Assembly: GCA_951406725.2 (NCBI GenBank)
Contig: OX597823.1
Location: 39,432,001-39,496,000, forward strand
DNA length: 64,000 nucleotides
Source of the DNA: Octopus vulgaris
Lineage: Eukaryota
Reading direction: 5' to 3'
In this document: piece after piece, positions 39,925 through 54,653 of the stretch
Position numbering within the stretch: position 1 is the stretch's first letter
How the letters are laid out: every line of letters begins with the position of its first letter
Made by a program: the position numbers and the translations under genes
The notes under the pieces: generated by a model
Databases searched by the model: none
Seen by the model: the letters and a program-made list of their open reading frames with translations, nothing else
What the model was told of the DNA's origin: nothing

Positions 39925-41512
39925 CGTACTCAGAAAATATGACAGTCGAAACTCTCCTCTTTGAACAAGACGATATCCCATAATGCATTTGCAGTACCAG
40001 TGCTGATTCCAACGTTTGGGGTACTTGACTGGGCTGTAGAAGAAATCCATACGATAGACGTTAAAACCCGCAAGATCCTGACATCAAGTAGAAACTTCCA
40101 CAGAAATAGTGTTATCGACAGGCTTTATCTAAGAAGTAATGAAGGAATAAGAAGCTTGAGATCAGTGCTGATAGACTTTGAATGTCGTTCAGTCTCTTTC
40201 AGACAGCACTTGCTAAACAACAGCAGCAAAAATAAATGCATAAACTCGGCGATGAGAACAACATCCTACGCGTCGGCAGTGAGTTCCTCAGGAAGCTTCC
40301 TGCCTTCCTGATGACTTCTCCTACAACTCCAAAACAGCCGAACTAACATACCTCAAAGAAGATCTGGATGTGAAACGTTCAGCATATATATATAAAAAAA
40401 AGGCTGCATGGGTATGTTTCTCGAAGATTTTTAAAAAAGACTCCGCCGGTTACGACGACGAGGGTCCCAGCTGATACGATCAACGGAACAGCTTGCTCGT
40501 GAAATTAACGTGCAAATGGCTGAGCATTCCACAGACACGTGTACCCTTAACGTAGTTCTCGGGGATAATCAGCGTGACACAGAGAGTGACAAGGCTGACC
40601 CTTTGAAATACAAGTACAACTCATTTTTGCCAGCTGAGTGGACTGGAGCAACGTGAAATAAAGTGTCTTGCTCAAGGACACAACGCGTCGCCGGGAATCG
40701 AACTCACAACCTTACGATCATGAGCCGAATGCCCTAACCACTAAGCCACGCGCCCTCACTCTCGAAGATTTAAAGAAGACAGTAATATCGACATGAAGCG
40801 CAGTCTCTCTTGGACTTATGACCGTCACATCACTTCACAATTCGAAGACTACGATCCAAGAACAGGAGATTGCGAAGAAATACCTAATAAACAAAAAAAG
40901 CCAGTTAAATCCTTGGAGCTCCAAAATGCAACCGGAAACGTAGATTATGTCATATTTCTGTGGCAGACTTCACACATGCTATTAGCAACTGCGCAAAAAT
41001 GTCATCATGGTACTACCTCCCTATGTGTCGCGATGTTGTCACAACAACAATATATAATGCCATCTGGGAAAAAGATTGTCCTGTAATAAAAACAGAGAAT
41101 CCCCCTGTTATTGAATTCGTACAGAAATATCTGCACAAGGAATACTGGTTGAACATTCCAATCAAAACATCTGTCAAGTGTAAGCATACTGATGTTCGTT
41201 ACAGACAAGAAAGCGTATGTACCGCCATAGAGGTCAGCTGTCCTGCTGATGTGAATATCTCTTTGAAAATTAAAGAGAAAGAGGATACCTATGGAGAACT
41301 GTTTCGAAACCTCCAGCTTCTATAACAAATTATAAATTCACATTCATGGTAATAATAATTGGTGCACTTGATTTTGTAAGTAAATGCTTCAGTGACAATC
41401 TGAATAAGTTAGGATTTTCAGAAGAAGAAATCAACTAACACGCACATTGTAAATGCAACTTGTAAATGGAACAGTAAAATTATGCAAAGCTTTTCTCAAG
41501 TTTAGAATCTGA
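39925..41512 (+). mobile_element. 5'-truncated R4/Dong-like (RLE) non-LTR retrotransposon, degenerate
   Basis: NKTISHNAFAVPVL..DWAVEEIHTIDVKTRKIL..IDRLYL; zinc knuckle remnant HAISNC; RLE region IEVSCPADVNI..KEKEDTY and IIIGAL. Confidence 0.85.
40431..40759 (-). mobile_element. tRNA-derived SINE (head E, tail 3) inserted in the LINE
   Basis: 12-bp TSD TCTCGAAGATTT at 40419-40430 and 40760-40771. Confidence 0.9.
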
Positions 41513-42685
41513 TTTTATTTTTTTGTTATCTACATTTCAACGATGGAGATTTGCATCTTTGTTAGAAACCAGCTCCTTCTGCAGTAGAAAAATTCAAATA
41601 ATTAAAAACAGACGAGCAACACAAACACCAAGGTTCTCAAATGTCTCCACTTCTAAACATGTTTCGGTCAAAATTCCGAAAACCATGTTCGTCTGTTATG
41701 ATTGGCTTATTGATGCATAAAATTTATAGAATTTGGTCGCGGCAATAGAATACTATTACTTTCCAACAATAGTAGAATCGTAGTCGTGGATTGATCTTTT
41801 AAAGAATTTTTTTCCTTAGTTTCCTGTGCTCGTTTTCGACACTTGTATAATTAACAAACATATTTAGGACAGGCTAATTTGTTAAACTTGAAGGTTAGCT
41901 TCGATAAAATTGACCAACAGCCAAAGGCTTTCCACTGTTGAATTTTCGTATTTTCGCTTTTTTTTTTTTGCTGGTATAGTACATTTTGGACTACAATACC
42001 CAATATGTCACTGTTTTGTTTTTAACCTTTTGTCCAAAGCATTTCAATAAGTTTGCTCTAAATGTCTGTACTTGTTTACAGACTTTTTAGTCCTTGTTTC
42101 GTACATACTGAGTAATAATATAAAGCTCTCCTTTCATAAGCTCTTTTTTACTCTAGTGGTTGGAAAAAAATGGAAATGTGTATCGTGTATGATGCGTGGA
42201 CATCAGAGAAATATGTCTGGTGTATCACTTATAATATACAGGATAAGCAAAGGGTTGAAGAATGTAAGAAGAATGTGATTTGTAGGCGATTTGGTGGCTA
42301 TTTTTTGCTGTCGAGCAAACATATAGAACCAGAACACCTAATCATTTCGTTGGAACAAGCCCTAAACAGCCCATCAATGCTGCGAGTTCTACTGGCTGTC
42401 TTCGGTTTGTCGTAAATGACGAACAGTAGACAGTAACAAGTATTAATTTTATAACTAATATTCACGATTTGGTAGCGAATTTCGAATTACTTACTTCAAA
42501 AAGCCCAGGGATGCTTCTAAAAGCTATAGTTTTTCACCCTTCCCTCTCCTCTATGTCGATTGCATTTTAATTTGAGCTGACAGAACAGTGACGGCGCTGA
42601 ACAAAAGCTTAACAGCATTTCTTTTGAGTTTAATCAACAAGGTCAGCTTTGCCTTTCACTCTTTTGGGGTATATACTATATGGGA

Positions 42686-43064
42686 AGCGCTCCGTCGGTT
42701 ACGACGATGAGGGTTCCGGTTGATCCGATCAACGGAACTGCCTGCTCGTGAAATTAACGTGTAAGTGGCTGAGCACTCCACAGACACGTGTACCCTTAAC
42801 GTAGTTCTCGGGGATATTCAGCGTGACACAGAGAGTGACAAGGCCGGCCCTTTGAAATACAGGTACAACAGAAACAGGAAGTAAGAGTGAGAGAAAGTTG
42901 TGATGAAAGAGTACAGCAGGGATCACCACCATCCCTGCCGGAGCCTCGTGGAGCTTTAGGCGTTTTCGCTCAATAAACACTCACAACGCCCGGTCTGGGA
43001 ATCGAAACCGCGATCCTACGATCGCGAGTCCGCTGCCCTAACCACTGGGCCATTGCGCCTCCAC
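42686..43064 (-). mobile_element. SINE head D with tail 3
   Basis: Head as in 9555 and 9907; tail as in the 40431 element. Confidence 0.85.
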
Positions 43065-43742
43065 ATATACTATAAATACAGTTGAGTATTTAAGTGTAAT
43101 CAACTAGTCCTGTCGCCCAAAATTTCAGGCCTTGTGCCTCTAGGAGAAAGAATCATCATTTATTATTACTGAAGATGACGAACTGGCAGAATTGCTAGCA
43201 CGCCGGACAAAATGCCTAACGACATTTCGTTCGTCTTTATGCTCTAAATTCAAATGCCACCGAGGTAGACTTTGCATTTTATCCTTTCGGTCGGGGTTGA
43301 TAAAATAAAGTACCAATGAAGTAGTAGCTTTGATATAATCGATCACAATTTTAAATAACAATTATCACTATTGGTTATATTGAAGTATTGGACTTAATGT
43401 TGGATTTAGCTATCTCTCTTTATGTTGAGCTGTTAACGCATCGGACAAAATGCTTAACGGCATTTTTTCCGGCTTTACGTTCTGAATTCAAATTCTGCCG
43501 AAGCCCACTTCGCCTTTCATCCTTTTGGGGGTCGATAAGGAAAGTATCAGTTGAGTACCAAGGTGTAATCGACTAGCCCCCTTCCCAAAATTTCAGGCCT
43601 TCTGCCTATAGTAGTGATTCTCCACCGGTGTCCATATGATCCTCGGTGGGGGTCCATATAAGATTTTGTTGTTTAAAATTTGTTACACTTCTATTATACA
43701 CTAAATGTTTTAACAATTTTTTATACTATTCCTATATATATA

Positions 43743-44136
43743 GGCGCAGGAGTGGCTGTGTGGTAAGTAGCTTGCTAACCAGCCACATGGTTCCGGGTTC
43801 AGTCCCACTGCGTGGCATCTTGGGCAAGTGTCTTCTGCTATAGCCCCGGGCCGACCAATGCCTTGTGAGTGGATTTGGTAGACGGAAACTGAAAGAAGCC
43901 TGTCGTATATATGTATATATATGTGTGTGTGTGTATGTGTTTGTCCCCCTAACATTGCTTGACAACCGATGCTGGTGTGTTTACGTCCCCATCACTTAGC
44001 GGTTCGGCAAAAAGAGACCGATAGAATAAGTACTGGGCTTACAAAGAATAAGTCCCGGGGTCGATTTGCTCGACTAAAGGCGGTGCTCCAGCATGACCGC
44101 AGTCAAATGACTGAAACATGTAAAAGAGTAAAAGAG
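43743..44136 (+). mobile_element. SINE family A, full length, with TSD
   Basis: TATTCCTATATATATA at 43727-43742 and 44137-44152. Confidence 0.92.
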
Positions 44137-44304
44137 TATTCCTATATATATATTTAATTATAGAAAACATAACAGGATTTTTAAAACATCAAATGGCTAG
44201 GGGGGGGAGCATCTGAGTAAAATAGGAATCAAAGGGGCCATAATTTAAAAAATGGTTGGGAACCACTGTTAAAGTAGGAACAATTATCATTATTACTGAA
44301 GGTG

Positions 44305-44945
44305 CCAAGACGGCGAGCTGGCAGAATCGTTAGCTTGACGACATTTCGTGCGTCTTTACGTTTTGAGTTCAAATTCCGCCGAGGTCGACTGTGTCTTTCA
44401 TCCTTTCGAGGTCGATGAAATAAGTTCCAGTCAAGCACTGGGATCCATGTAATCGACTAGTTTCCTTCCCCGGAATTTCAGGCCTTGTGGCTATACTAAT
44501 AATTGTCATTATTGAAGGCGACAAACTGGCAGAATTGTTAGCACGTCGGGCGAAATGCTTAGCAGTATTTCGTCTGCCGCTACGTTCTGAGTTCAAATTC
44601 CGCCGAGGTCGACTTTACCTTTCAGCCTTTCGGGGTCGATTAAATAAGTACCAGTTACACACTGGGGTCGATATAATCGTCTTAATCCGTTTGTCTGTCC
44701 TTGTTTGTCCCCTCTATGTGTAGCCCCTTGTGGGCAGTAAAGAAATAAGAATCGTTAGCACACCGGACAAAATATTTAACATTTCGGCCATCTTTATATT
44801 TTAAGTTCAAGTGCCATCAAGGCTGACTTCGCTTTTTATCCATGAAGAGTTGATAAAATAAGTACCAGTTGAGCACTGGGGTTCGATGTAATCGACTCAT
44901 TCCTTTTCCTGAACTTGCTGGCCTTGTACCAAATATTGAAATCGT
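44305..44945 (+). mobile_element. Three tandem or nested SINE family C copies
   Basis: Repeated GGCGAGCTGGCAGAATCGTTAGC...AAGTACCAGT units. Confidence 0.8.
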
Positions 44946-45498
44946 TATTAGGGGTGGACAGAGAAGAAAATAAATAAAATTAACGAAACCTAAAAAAAAA
45001 AAGTGATATGAAAGAGGTTTTGAGGGAGGGTTTATTGAAGAAGGCCCGAACTACCAAACTAAATATTTACTAATCCACACCAACCCCGTCTTGGAATATA
45101 AAGAGCTGGTGCGCCTTTCTCCAGTAATATCTTAGTCACAGCGGAAACGGAAGTTAAATTTATAGTACTTACTTTTTCTTTCATTTAAGTTTAAACATAA
45201 ACCGGAAGCCTTTTTTTGGTCGGCGGCGGTGAATAAAATGTTGGTGGTAGTGGTGGTGGTGGTGGCGGTAGGTTTTTGGGTTGAAGAGTTTATAAAGAAC
45301 TGATGAGAAGTGAGACGGAACGAAACGAATTGAATTCGAAAGGAAAAATCTGAGGAAAGAATAAAAAAGGAACACACATACACAAAGAAAAGCAAAAAAA
45401 TTCAAAGGCCAAAATGACCGCGTACCCTTCATAAACGCCAAGCACACTCACAGGACTGCCATAGGCAGTGTGTGTGTGTGTGTGTGTATGTGTGTGTT

Positions 45499-45597
<99 letters not shown>

Positions 45598-46227
45598 GAG
45601 AGAGAGGAGTGTGTAGAGACAGACAGGGCAAAGTGATGAAAGACTTGAGAGACCTTTGGCGGCACCACACCAATATCCGTTTTCGGTCACATGAGAATAA
45701 CAATAACAACAGAACTAGACAACGTCACCGTCATCGTCGTCGACCTCACCGCCACCACCACCACCACCATCACCACCATCACCAACGGTATCCTTCTCCT
45801 TTTCATGATCATCATCATTAGCAACAACAGCAATCATTAGTAACAACAAACAAAAACTAGAACCGTAACATCAATAATTAACACACACACGTGTGTGTGT
45901 GTGTATTTATATATGTATAAACAATGTGTATGTATTATATATACATACAAGCACATGTATGTATGTATGTATGTATGTATGTATGTATGTATGTATGTAT
46001 GTATGTATGTATGTACTTATGCATGCATATATATCTAAGATAAGAAGCACTATCACAAATGCTCGGAGTGGAAGCGACAGCAGCTAAACCCAAGAACGGG
46101 AATTAAGTGTTGAAGTCTGCGAATGGATGTCTGTGATGTTTGTCATACGACACAACTAGGAATAGAACTAAAGGAATAAAGTATAAAAAAAGAAAAAAAA
46201 GCAGTGAGGAGCAGGGTAGGGGGTACC

Positions 46228-46399
46228 TATAAAAGAAGGAGGTGTAAGGGGAGGGTGTGATTAGCAACTAACCGTGCAGTGGCACGTGGTAAAAAGATAA
46301 AAATCGGATGGGAGTGGTTTGAGATCGCGCCCACACCACCATCACTAAGCTCACCGCGTGTTTCACCAAAGAGAGGAAGCATCGACAATATTTGTAAGT
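46228..46399 (+). promoter_or_regulatory. Candidate TATA promoter and first non-coding exon
   Basis: TATAAAAG at 46228-46235, CACGTG E-box, CpG-containing unique sequence, GTAAGT donor at 46394; motif evidence only. Confidence 0.2.
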
Positions 46400-46550
46400 G
46401 GTAAAGCCTCAATTGTCGTTGGTGCCATGTGCCTGCGTGTGTGGGTGCGCGCGTGTATGTTGATCTCTCTCTCTCTTCTTTCTTTCATTTTTTTTCTTTG
46501 TTTGATTGTTTATTTCTTTCTTTCATTTTCGCTGTATCTGTCATATGATT

Positions 46551-46584
<34 letters not shown>

Positions 46585-46797
46585 TGTGTGTGTGTGTGTG
46601 CGTACGTGTGTGTGCGTGTATTATATTATATATATTATAAGTTCAAATCATAATAGACAGATACTCGACCAAATGGGAAACAGACACAGAAGGTCGCTAA
46701 CTCATCATCTGTTATCGGCCAGGAGGTCAAACGCAACTTCACGCCTTAACGATAATATCACATCCCCATGTGTGTGTGTATATACATACATATGTAT

Positions 46798-46849
<52 letters not shown>

Positions 46850-46851
46850 GC

Positions 46852-47000
46852 TCTTTACTCTTTTTATTCTTTTACTTGTTTCAGTCATTTGACCGCGGCA
46901 ATGCTGGAGCACCGCCTTTAGTCGAGCAACTCGACCCCGGGACTTATTCTTTGTAAGCCCAGTACTTATTCTATCGGTCTCTTTTGCCGAACCGCTAAGT
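46852..47000 (-). mobile_element. SINE family A, 3' half
   Basis: Reverse complement of the family A tail. Confidence 0.85.
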
Positions 47001-47914
47001 GATATATATATATATTTAAATAATGAGAGTGATGAACTGAATATAAATTTAATTAACATCAATTTAAAACCAGTAGACTAGCATATAGAAAAATCTGAAA
47101 ATTCAGAAAAATTGTAATACATACACATGTATATATATATATATATATATATATATTTAAAAAAAGGAGATGTCGAACACGAGTGGTGATATATAAAAAA
47201 GGAAATGAAGAAAATGCTGACAAATAATTGAAGTAATTTAAGTAATTTAATTAGGTGAAAGTTCTTTTTACCGGTTGCGCATTTGTTATGCTTATATACT
47301 TTGTCTTTCCTACCCGCCATTGCTTCTTTACCAAACTATTTTGGCGCCCTCTGATTCTTCCCCCCTCTTCCTCCCATCCTCCTCAATCCCTTCTTTCTCC
47401 TTTTCTCTTGGTCACTGATTCTGTCCCCTGCCTTCCACCCTCTTTGATTCCCTCTCTCTCTGTCTCTCTTTCTCTCTCTCTCCTGCAACCTGCTGCTTCT
47501 TAACCATTCTGTTGGCGATCGTATCTCGACCAACATGTGTCCCCTCTACCGAAAAGGTAATTATTTCTACGCCAGCTGCTATGTTGTTGTTGTTTTTGTC
47601 TCATTTGGTCTAAAGTCGTATGACAACCACCGTTATATATATTTTGTTTAACCATTACCGTTTTCAATTTCGTTTTCGTCTCTCGTATTTACATCCGTCT
47701 CGTGCGTTTACATTCTTGTCTTCTACCAAGAAATCTAATGCTTACAGCTTAGTTTTTTTCTTGGGGCTGGCCGAGTTGGAGCAAATATCAGAATTGAACA
47801 GCCGAAATTTGCTATGATGATTCGGTGTCTGACTGAAGATTGAAGGCTTCGAATGATTTGTCTGTGTTCCGTGTTCGTCCCTTCCTGTATTTCACGTTCT
47901 TTATATATAAAAAC

Positions 47915-47972
<58 letters not shown>

Positions 47973-48489
47973 ATACACACATATATACATGCATAAATAC
48001 ATATATACATACATGCATACATACATACATACATACATACATACATACATACATACATACATACATACATACATACATACATGCATACATACATATATAC
48101 ATGCATACATACTTATATGTATAAATTGTTTGAAGTGATGTACAGATTTTATATATTAAGAAAAAACAGGTAGTCAGAATTTCGGATTATTCTTTATTAA
48201 CGCTTTCGCTTCATTCATGGGTACTCCTCAGATATAAGATTTACAGAAAAGTTCTTTGCTTTTTATACAAATCTAAAACATGGTGTCTTTTATTTTGTTT
48301 ATTTGTTTGTTTTTTATTTGTATGTGTATGTGTGTGTGTGTATACAAAAACACAATGAATGGTAAGAATATGACAAAAGATATCCAATAAATACAGAGCA
48401 GATTATTGTTTTGGCCAGATCGAATTCCTAAAATTCAACGTCCTATTCATAAGAGGCATAAACCAATTAAAACAACAATATTTTAAAAT

Positions 48490-48697
48490 TTCGGCGTAAG
48501 ACCAGTTATTTTAAGGGGAGGGGTTGATCGATTACATGGACGCTAGTGTTTGACTGATACTTTATTTTATCGACTTCGGAAGGATGAAAGGCAAAGTGAA
48601 CCTCGGCGGAATATGAATCCAGAACGTAAAGAACGAGAAGAAATGCTGCTAAACATTTTGTTCGACGCATTAACAATTCTGCCAGATCAACGCTTTA
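48490..48697 (-). mobile_element. Degenerate SINE family C
   Basis: GGAAGGATGAAAGGCAAAGTGAACCTCGGCGGAAT. Confidence 0.7.
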
Positions 48698-48729
48698 ACA
48701 ATAACAACAACAACAAGGAAAGATAATCC

Positions 48730-49110
48730 ATTTCTCTGAAAAATCGGCCTATCAACGTTCAGTTCGTTCAAGAATAGGAGAACTGGGCAGCGAACAATCT
48801 GGTAAAAAAATGTTGGGACCTGATAAGTTGGAATATAGTTCGAATCAGACGGTTGATTGTACGTGCAATAAAGAAAAACTTAACCCAGAATGTCTGAACC
48901 TGAAGTTAAGTAGGGGATGGTATGTCTAGAAAAGGGCCGCATGTCTAGAAAAGGGTCGGCCCCATAAAGTAGATGAAGGACACCATGAGCAGTATAAAGT
49001 ATCAGAATATCTTAGAGAAGACTATGCTTCCGTATGCCAAGATTCATTTGGGCTGATAGGGGATTTTTGTTCCTATACGGCAACCACCAGAAACTTACTA
49101 AAAGGACAAT
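48730..49110 (+). mobile_element. Tc1-like transposase remnant
   Basis: Fragments MSRKGSAP, DTMSSIKYQNILEKTMLPYAKIHLG and a decayed QQDNDPKH-like segment. Confidence 0.55.
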
Positions 49111-50286
49111 AACTTTTAAAGGGAAAAATTAGCTGATACCTATCCAGGGCCCCAGTAATTAACGTGTTTTTATTTTATTGGCTGCGGAAAAATGGAAGGT
49201 ACAGTTGACGACCACAAAGGGATTTGAACTGAGCAAAGTAATGAGTTGGAAGGAATGCCTTCAAGCGTTTCGGCCGACGCACCAACGATTTTGATAGTTC
49301 GCAACTACCACCACCGTCACCATCATCACCACCACGATATATGCATCTCTGATCACGAGCAGAAGTAGCAGGGGGGAGCATCATAGCCATGTGTTGAGAG
49401 GAATTCTTTGGAGTTTGAATAATTCACCTCTGGGAGCATGGGTGTTTTGTTCAACGTCCTTAAACAACTCTTATTCGAGGAACATTTGAATGGGATAGGC
49501 TAATCAGACCTGAAAAAAATTCTAACTGGGTCTCACCTGCAAGGTTGAAATTCCAATGAAGGAACCTTGGATCTAGGTTAGAAACCGGCACTTTCACTAC
49601 TGGCATGAAATCTTGAAATAAAATTAAATAGCGATATACGTACATACATACACTCACACACACACATACACACACACACACATATTCATATTTATCTCAC
49701 ACCAGATGAAGTACTTGTTTTGCTGAATTTTTTGCTGAACAGTGCATTACATATATCGTTGTGGTAGAAGGCGGCCCTATTAAAGACCTCCATGTTGACT
49801 GAGAGTTTAGATACCCGTTTGCTAATGCCTGAAACAGCAGAATGGGGTGGGGGTGAGCTCTTGTGGATATATACCGTTTTTTCATTAGGCTTGTGGATAT
49901 ATACCGTTTCTTCATTAGGCTTCCTGTATATGCGCAGGTATACGCGCATATACATGTACATATATACATATATACCCCCGCATCTACTGCCCCTTCCTAC
50001 TAACCCCAACCACATGACCGATTTCTTGTCTACCACGCAGTCGATTTCTTGTTCCCCACGCGGTCAATTTCCTGTTCATCATGCGGTATTTTCAAACCAA
50101 TCGTTGTCGCTGAAATACCAACATCTAACCGCTATACCGCGTGACCTTTCTCGCAGGCTAACGCCCAGATGTAACTATTGACTCTCTTCAATCGAACTAT
50201 CATTCAGACACCCATGGGCGAAGACTAGCTACACGCTTGAAACTCAGAGTATCAAGAAGTCTGAATCAAACTGTTTTGATTTATAC

Positions 50287-50387
<101 letters not shown>

Positions 50388-50459
50388 CTATGTATGTATA
50401 TATGTATGTATGTATATATATATATGTATGTATGTATGTACGTATACATATATGTCCGC

Positions 50460-50629
50460 TAAATCCACAAGTTCTTTTTATTCTCTGTGTTTATTTCCTC
50501 GTGTTCTATTCTTTTGAAGAGCGTAAGCTCGAAACGTGAAAGAACTTCCTCACCTTCCCGAGCATCAAACTAATACAGCTGCTTGTTGCTTATACACCTG
50601 TCTTCGTATTTTCTTTTTCTGTAAATTTC

Positions 50630-50633
<4 letters not shown>
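50460..50633 (+). mobile_element. Short PLE-end cassette with a decayed HHR motif
   Basis: GAAGAGC-gtaa-GCTC-GAAACGTG, ends TTCTGTAAATTTCAACT before (TA)n; same family as the 54500 and 57860 motifs. Confidence 0.65.
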
Positions 50634-50727
<94 letters not shown>

Positions 50728-51799
50728 GTATGTATCTATGTATGTATGTATGTATGTGTGTATGTATGTATGTATGTATGTATGTATGTATGTGTGTATG
50801 TATGTATGTATGTATGTATGTATGTATGTATAGTGATTGCCATCTCGATTTCAAGCGTAACCACTTTCTCGTCGCAGACATAAGTTGCTAAAATTCTTGG
50901 TACTTATTTCTACCATAACCTTGATATTTATTCTCGCAAACGTATCCCATGCTTCAGTCAAGAATCACACTAACACCTATTCCATTCATGTACAGTCTTC
51001 CAAAATGCATTCTTCCTCACAAGTTTGGATATAAAGAACAGCAATAAGTCAGTTTAAACTGTTTGCTTACAAGCAACTTTTGTTGGTTTCCAAATATGTC
51101 AGATTCCATGGATGACAGGTCCAACTTCTAATAACTTAATGTGATGACAGATATTGCAAGCGAGAATATCTCTTGACCCATTACTATGCAAAATAACAAC
51201 AGCCTATAGTTTTTGTGCTTAAAGTTCTAATATTTGAAGGCAAATTCAAATTTTCTTGGACTGCAGGCTATTCTTCCTCGTCATAGACCACCAATGCATG
51301 TATAAAGGTCACATGTGGAGTTGTATTTGTATGGATGTATGCATGTACGTATATTTATTTATATAAGTATATATAAACGTATCAATCGCATTTATATATG
51401 TATGATGTGTGTACATACGCACACACATGCACATTCAACCACATTATTTATGTATACACACATACACACAGACACAGACAGATATATGTATATACATATG
51501 TGTATGTATATGTATGTGTGTGTATGCGTGTGTGTGCATTCACACACATATATACACCCACACATGTGGGTGTACAACTGTTCATGTTCATAGTAAAAAA
51601 GATGTGAAGGAGTGAAAAAGCTTGAAAGACAGAGACTCAGGATAGGTTGTATATAAAAATGTATGTATGTATATATATATATATATATATATATAGTTCA
51701 ACACATACATATGTACGTGTGTGTATGCCTATGTATATATGTGTATGCGTACGTTGGCATGCATAAATGTGTATATGTGTGTGTGTGCGCGCGTGCGTG

Positions 51800-51855
<56 letters not shown>

Positions 51856-52823
51856 AGACTGGCGAATAGACAGATGGATGGATGGATGCTCAGATAGGTT
51901 TAGAAATCTGTGTTGAATTATTCAAGCACCACTACACCTTATATTACACGTTTGGGAATTTCTCTTAAAATATTACAGTATGGGGTTCTGGTCGGCAGTG
52001 CTTAACATAACCGTGGCTATCATAGTGATGACGACGACGATGATGAAGATGGTGATGATGATGACGATGATGATCATGATCATGATCATGATCATGATGA
52101 CATTGATAGTGATGATGATGATGGTAGAGGTGGTGGTCGTGGTGGTCGTCGTTGTTGTGAAGGTGATAGTGATGATGATGATGATGGTGCTGGCGTTGAC
52201 GATGATGATGATGTTGGTGGTGGTGGTAGTTATGGGATTGGAGATGATGGTGATGATGATGGTGACGATGATGCGGAATCATCATCAGCAGCAGCACCAC
52301 TGCCACCGCCGCCGCCACCTGCCATTCATACCAGGGTTGCTTCTGTGCCATCTTATCATTTCATTATTGCCTCAGACCCAACCCTCTATCTCGCCTGCCC
52401 ACCCGATAACCATCCCGGTTGTCGCATTAATTTCATTTGTTTATTTTTGTGTATTTGTTTGTGTTCACCATATTGCTGTCATCATCATCCTCCTCCTCCT
52501 CATCATCATCAGCATCAGCATCATCATCATAGTTCTTCAGACTGCACCTACACACGCAACTAGACACACACACACACACACACACACACACTGACATGCG
52601 TTACTATACACGCATTTTACACGGCTTCATTCATACATTCCATACATATTAACAACACATAGACTTTATACAGAATACTACACACATACACTCAATCAAA
52701 TACACAAACCCACACACCCGCTGACCCTCCAGCTCGATCTCTCCAGCACAAGTTTACGAAACCCGTGCCAAGTGGTTCTCAGTCGTACGTGTATTTCTCT
52801 CTCTCTCCCCCTCTCTCTCGCTC

Positions 52824-52867
<44 letters not shown>

Positions 52868-53009
52868 CGTATATATATATATGTGTGTGTGTATGTGTGT
52901 GTATATATATAAGCATTGTAAGTGGATTTGGTAGACGGAAACCGAAAGAAGCCCGTCGTATATATGTGTATATATATGTATGTGTATGTATATTTTTGTG
53001 TCTGTCTTT

Positions 53010-54562
53010 GTCCCTCCTTCAAACGAGCCGATAACCTGCGTGACCTTCTAGTCCACAGTTTCTTCCCCACGCCCGTCTCCCAGCTTCGCTTCTTCCTCTG
53101 CTCCCGCCCATGCTGTCTCCCCTGTTCTTATCTCTCCCACACCATCATTCTCACAGCTACCCATCACCATCCCTATCACGTCACCGACTCCTTTACCTGC
53201 ATCTCTAGTAATGTTATTCCCTGTAGATTGGTCAAGCTGGACGCCGCTTGGCTGACCGATTCGCGGAGCACCTCCGAGATATCAGACTCGGCAGTGACAC
53301 CCCAGTATTACGTCACTTCTGCTCTACTGATCATTCGCTACAACATATATCTCTCTGTTCGGACTATCTATGCACAGGGGCCACCCGGGCTCTCGCCTTC
53401 GCCGCGAACAGACTTTAATCTTCTCTCTTCGTTCCTTTGCACCATATAAGTTTAATTCACCTCCTCTTTTCATCTGATACCAACCACATACAAATTCCCA
53501 CATACATCCCACATTCAACTGACCTCTTCACCTACACAACCGCATACCGCCCAACTCGGTATCCTCACCGCACACGCGCTACTATACACTCATCACTCAC
53601 TTCCCACACCATTATAAACCCACCCACAACACCTTCCCACTCCACACACACTTGCACAGAGCACTCCTCAGCTCTCAAACCACACACCATTATCCACACA
53701 TCTCACGCAATCTTCACCACGCATACCACTATACAAGCAGCCACACACACTGTTTAATTCAGTACACACACCACGCACCATCATGCACACTCTCACATCC
53801 AGAAAAGCATATAATACCTGAACACGGACAATGTATACTTCTACATCCACACAAGCGCATAATACCTGAACGTAGAGTATATACACACACACGCCACATG
53901 CATAAACACACGCAACACGCATAGAGAAAGATAACTTTCGTCTATAAACATACAATATACACATGCACATTATTTAGTAACAGACAGACACACACAGATA
54001 CACATAATACCTGAACACAGACAATATAAACACACACGCAACACGCATAAATACATGCAACACGCAATGACAAAGATAATTTTCGCCTCCAAGCACACAC
54101 TATACACATACATGCACACTATTTGGTCACACACACACACATGTGCACAAACCACTTGTAAAAACACACATCAACTGCTAAACACAACACACACACACAC
54201 ACTCACACGTTGCACACGCACACACGTTACACACACATACACATCAGACTTATTCGTTTCCATTCACGCATACACACATACACACTCACACACACCATTC
54301 TCACCTTTGCATACGCGCTTGTGCACCTTTGTTCGTTGGCATCACCACTGTTATCTCCCTTTCATTCAACCTCTCTTTATTATTATCTTCCTGTCATTCA
54401 ACCACTTTTCTTTCCCTCATACACCATGCTGGACCGCAGAACTCTACGCTATTTTTTCTCTCTGTTTTTTTTTCATCCTCTCTATTTTTTCGCCCTTATT
54501 CCTGTCTATCGAAGAGCGTAGGCTCGAAACGTAAAAGACTTTTCTATTTTTCCGTAAATTTG

Positions 54563-54566
<4 letters not shown>
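53010..54566 (+). mobile_element. 5'-truncated Penelope-like element: GIY-YIG region, long CA-rich 3' UTR, terminal HHR motif
   Basis: FKRADNLRDLLVHS, CSRPCCLPC, DSFTCISSNVI, GRRLADRFAEHLRDI..RREQTLI; GAAGAGCgtagGCTCGAAACGTA at 54511-54533. Confidence 0.8.

Positions 54567-54653
<87 letters not shown>

Noticed and set aside
42170-42415. DAWTS motif reminiscent of hAT transposases
   Set aside because: A single short motif with no other support
45297-45340. CTGATGA...GAAAC spaced like a hammerhead
   Set aside because: Stem II and stem III cannot pair
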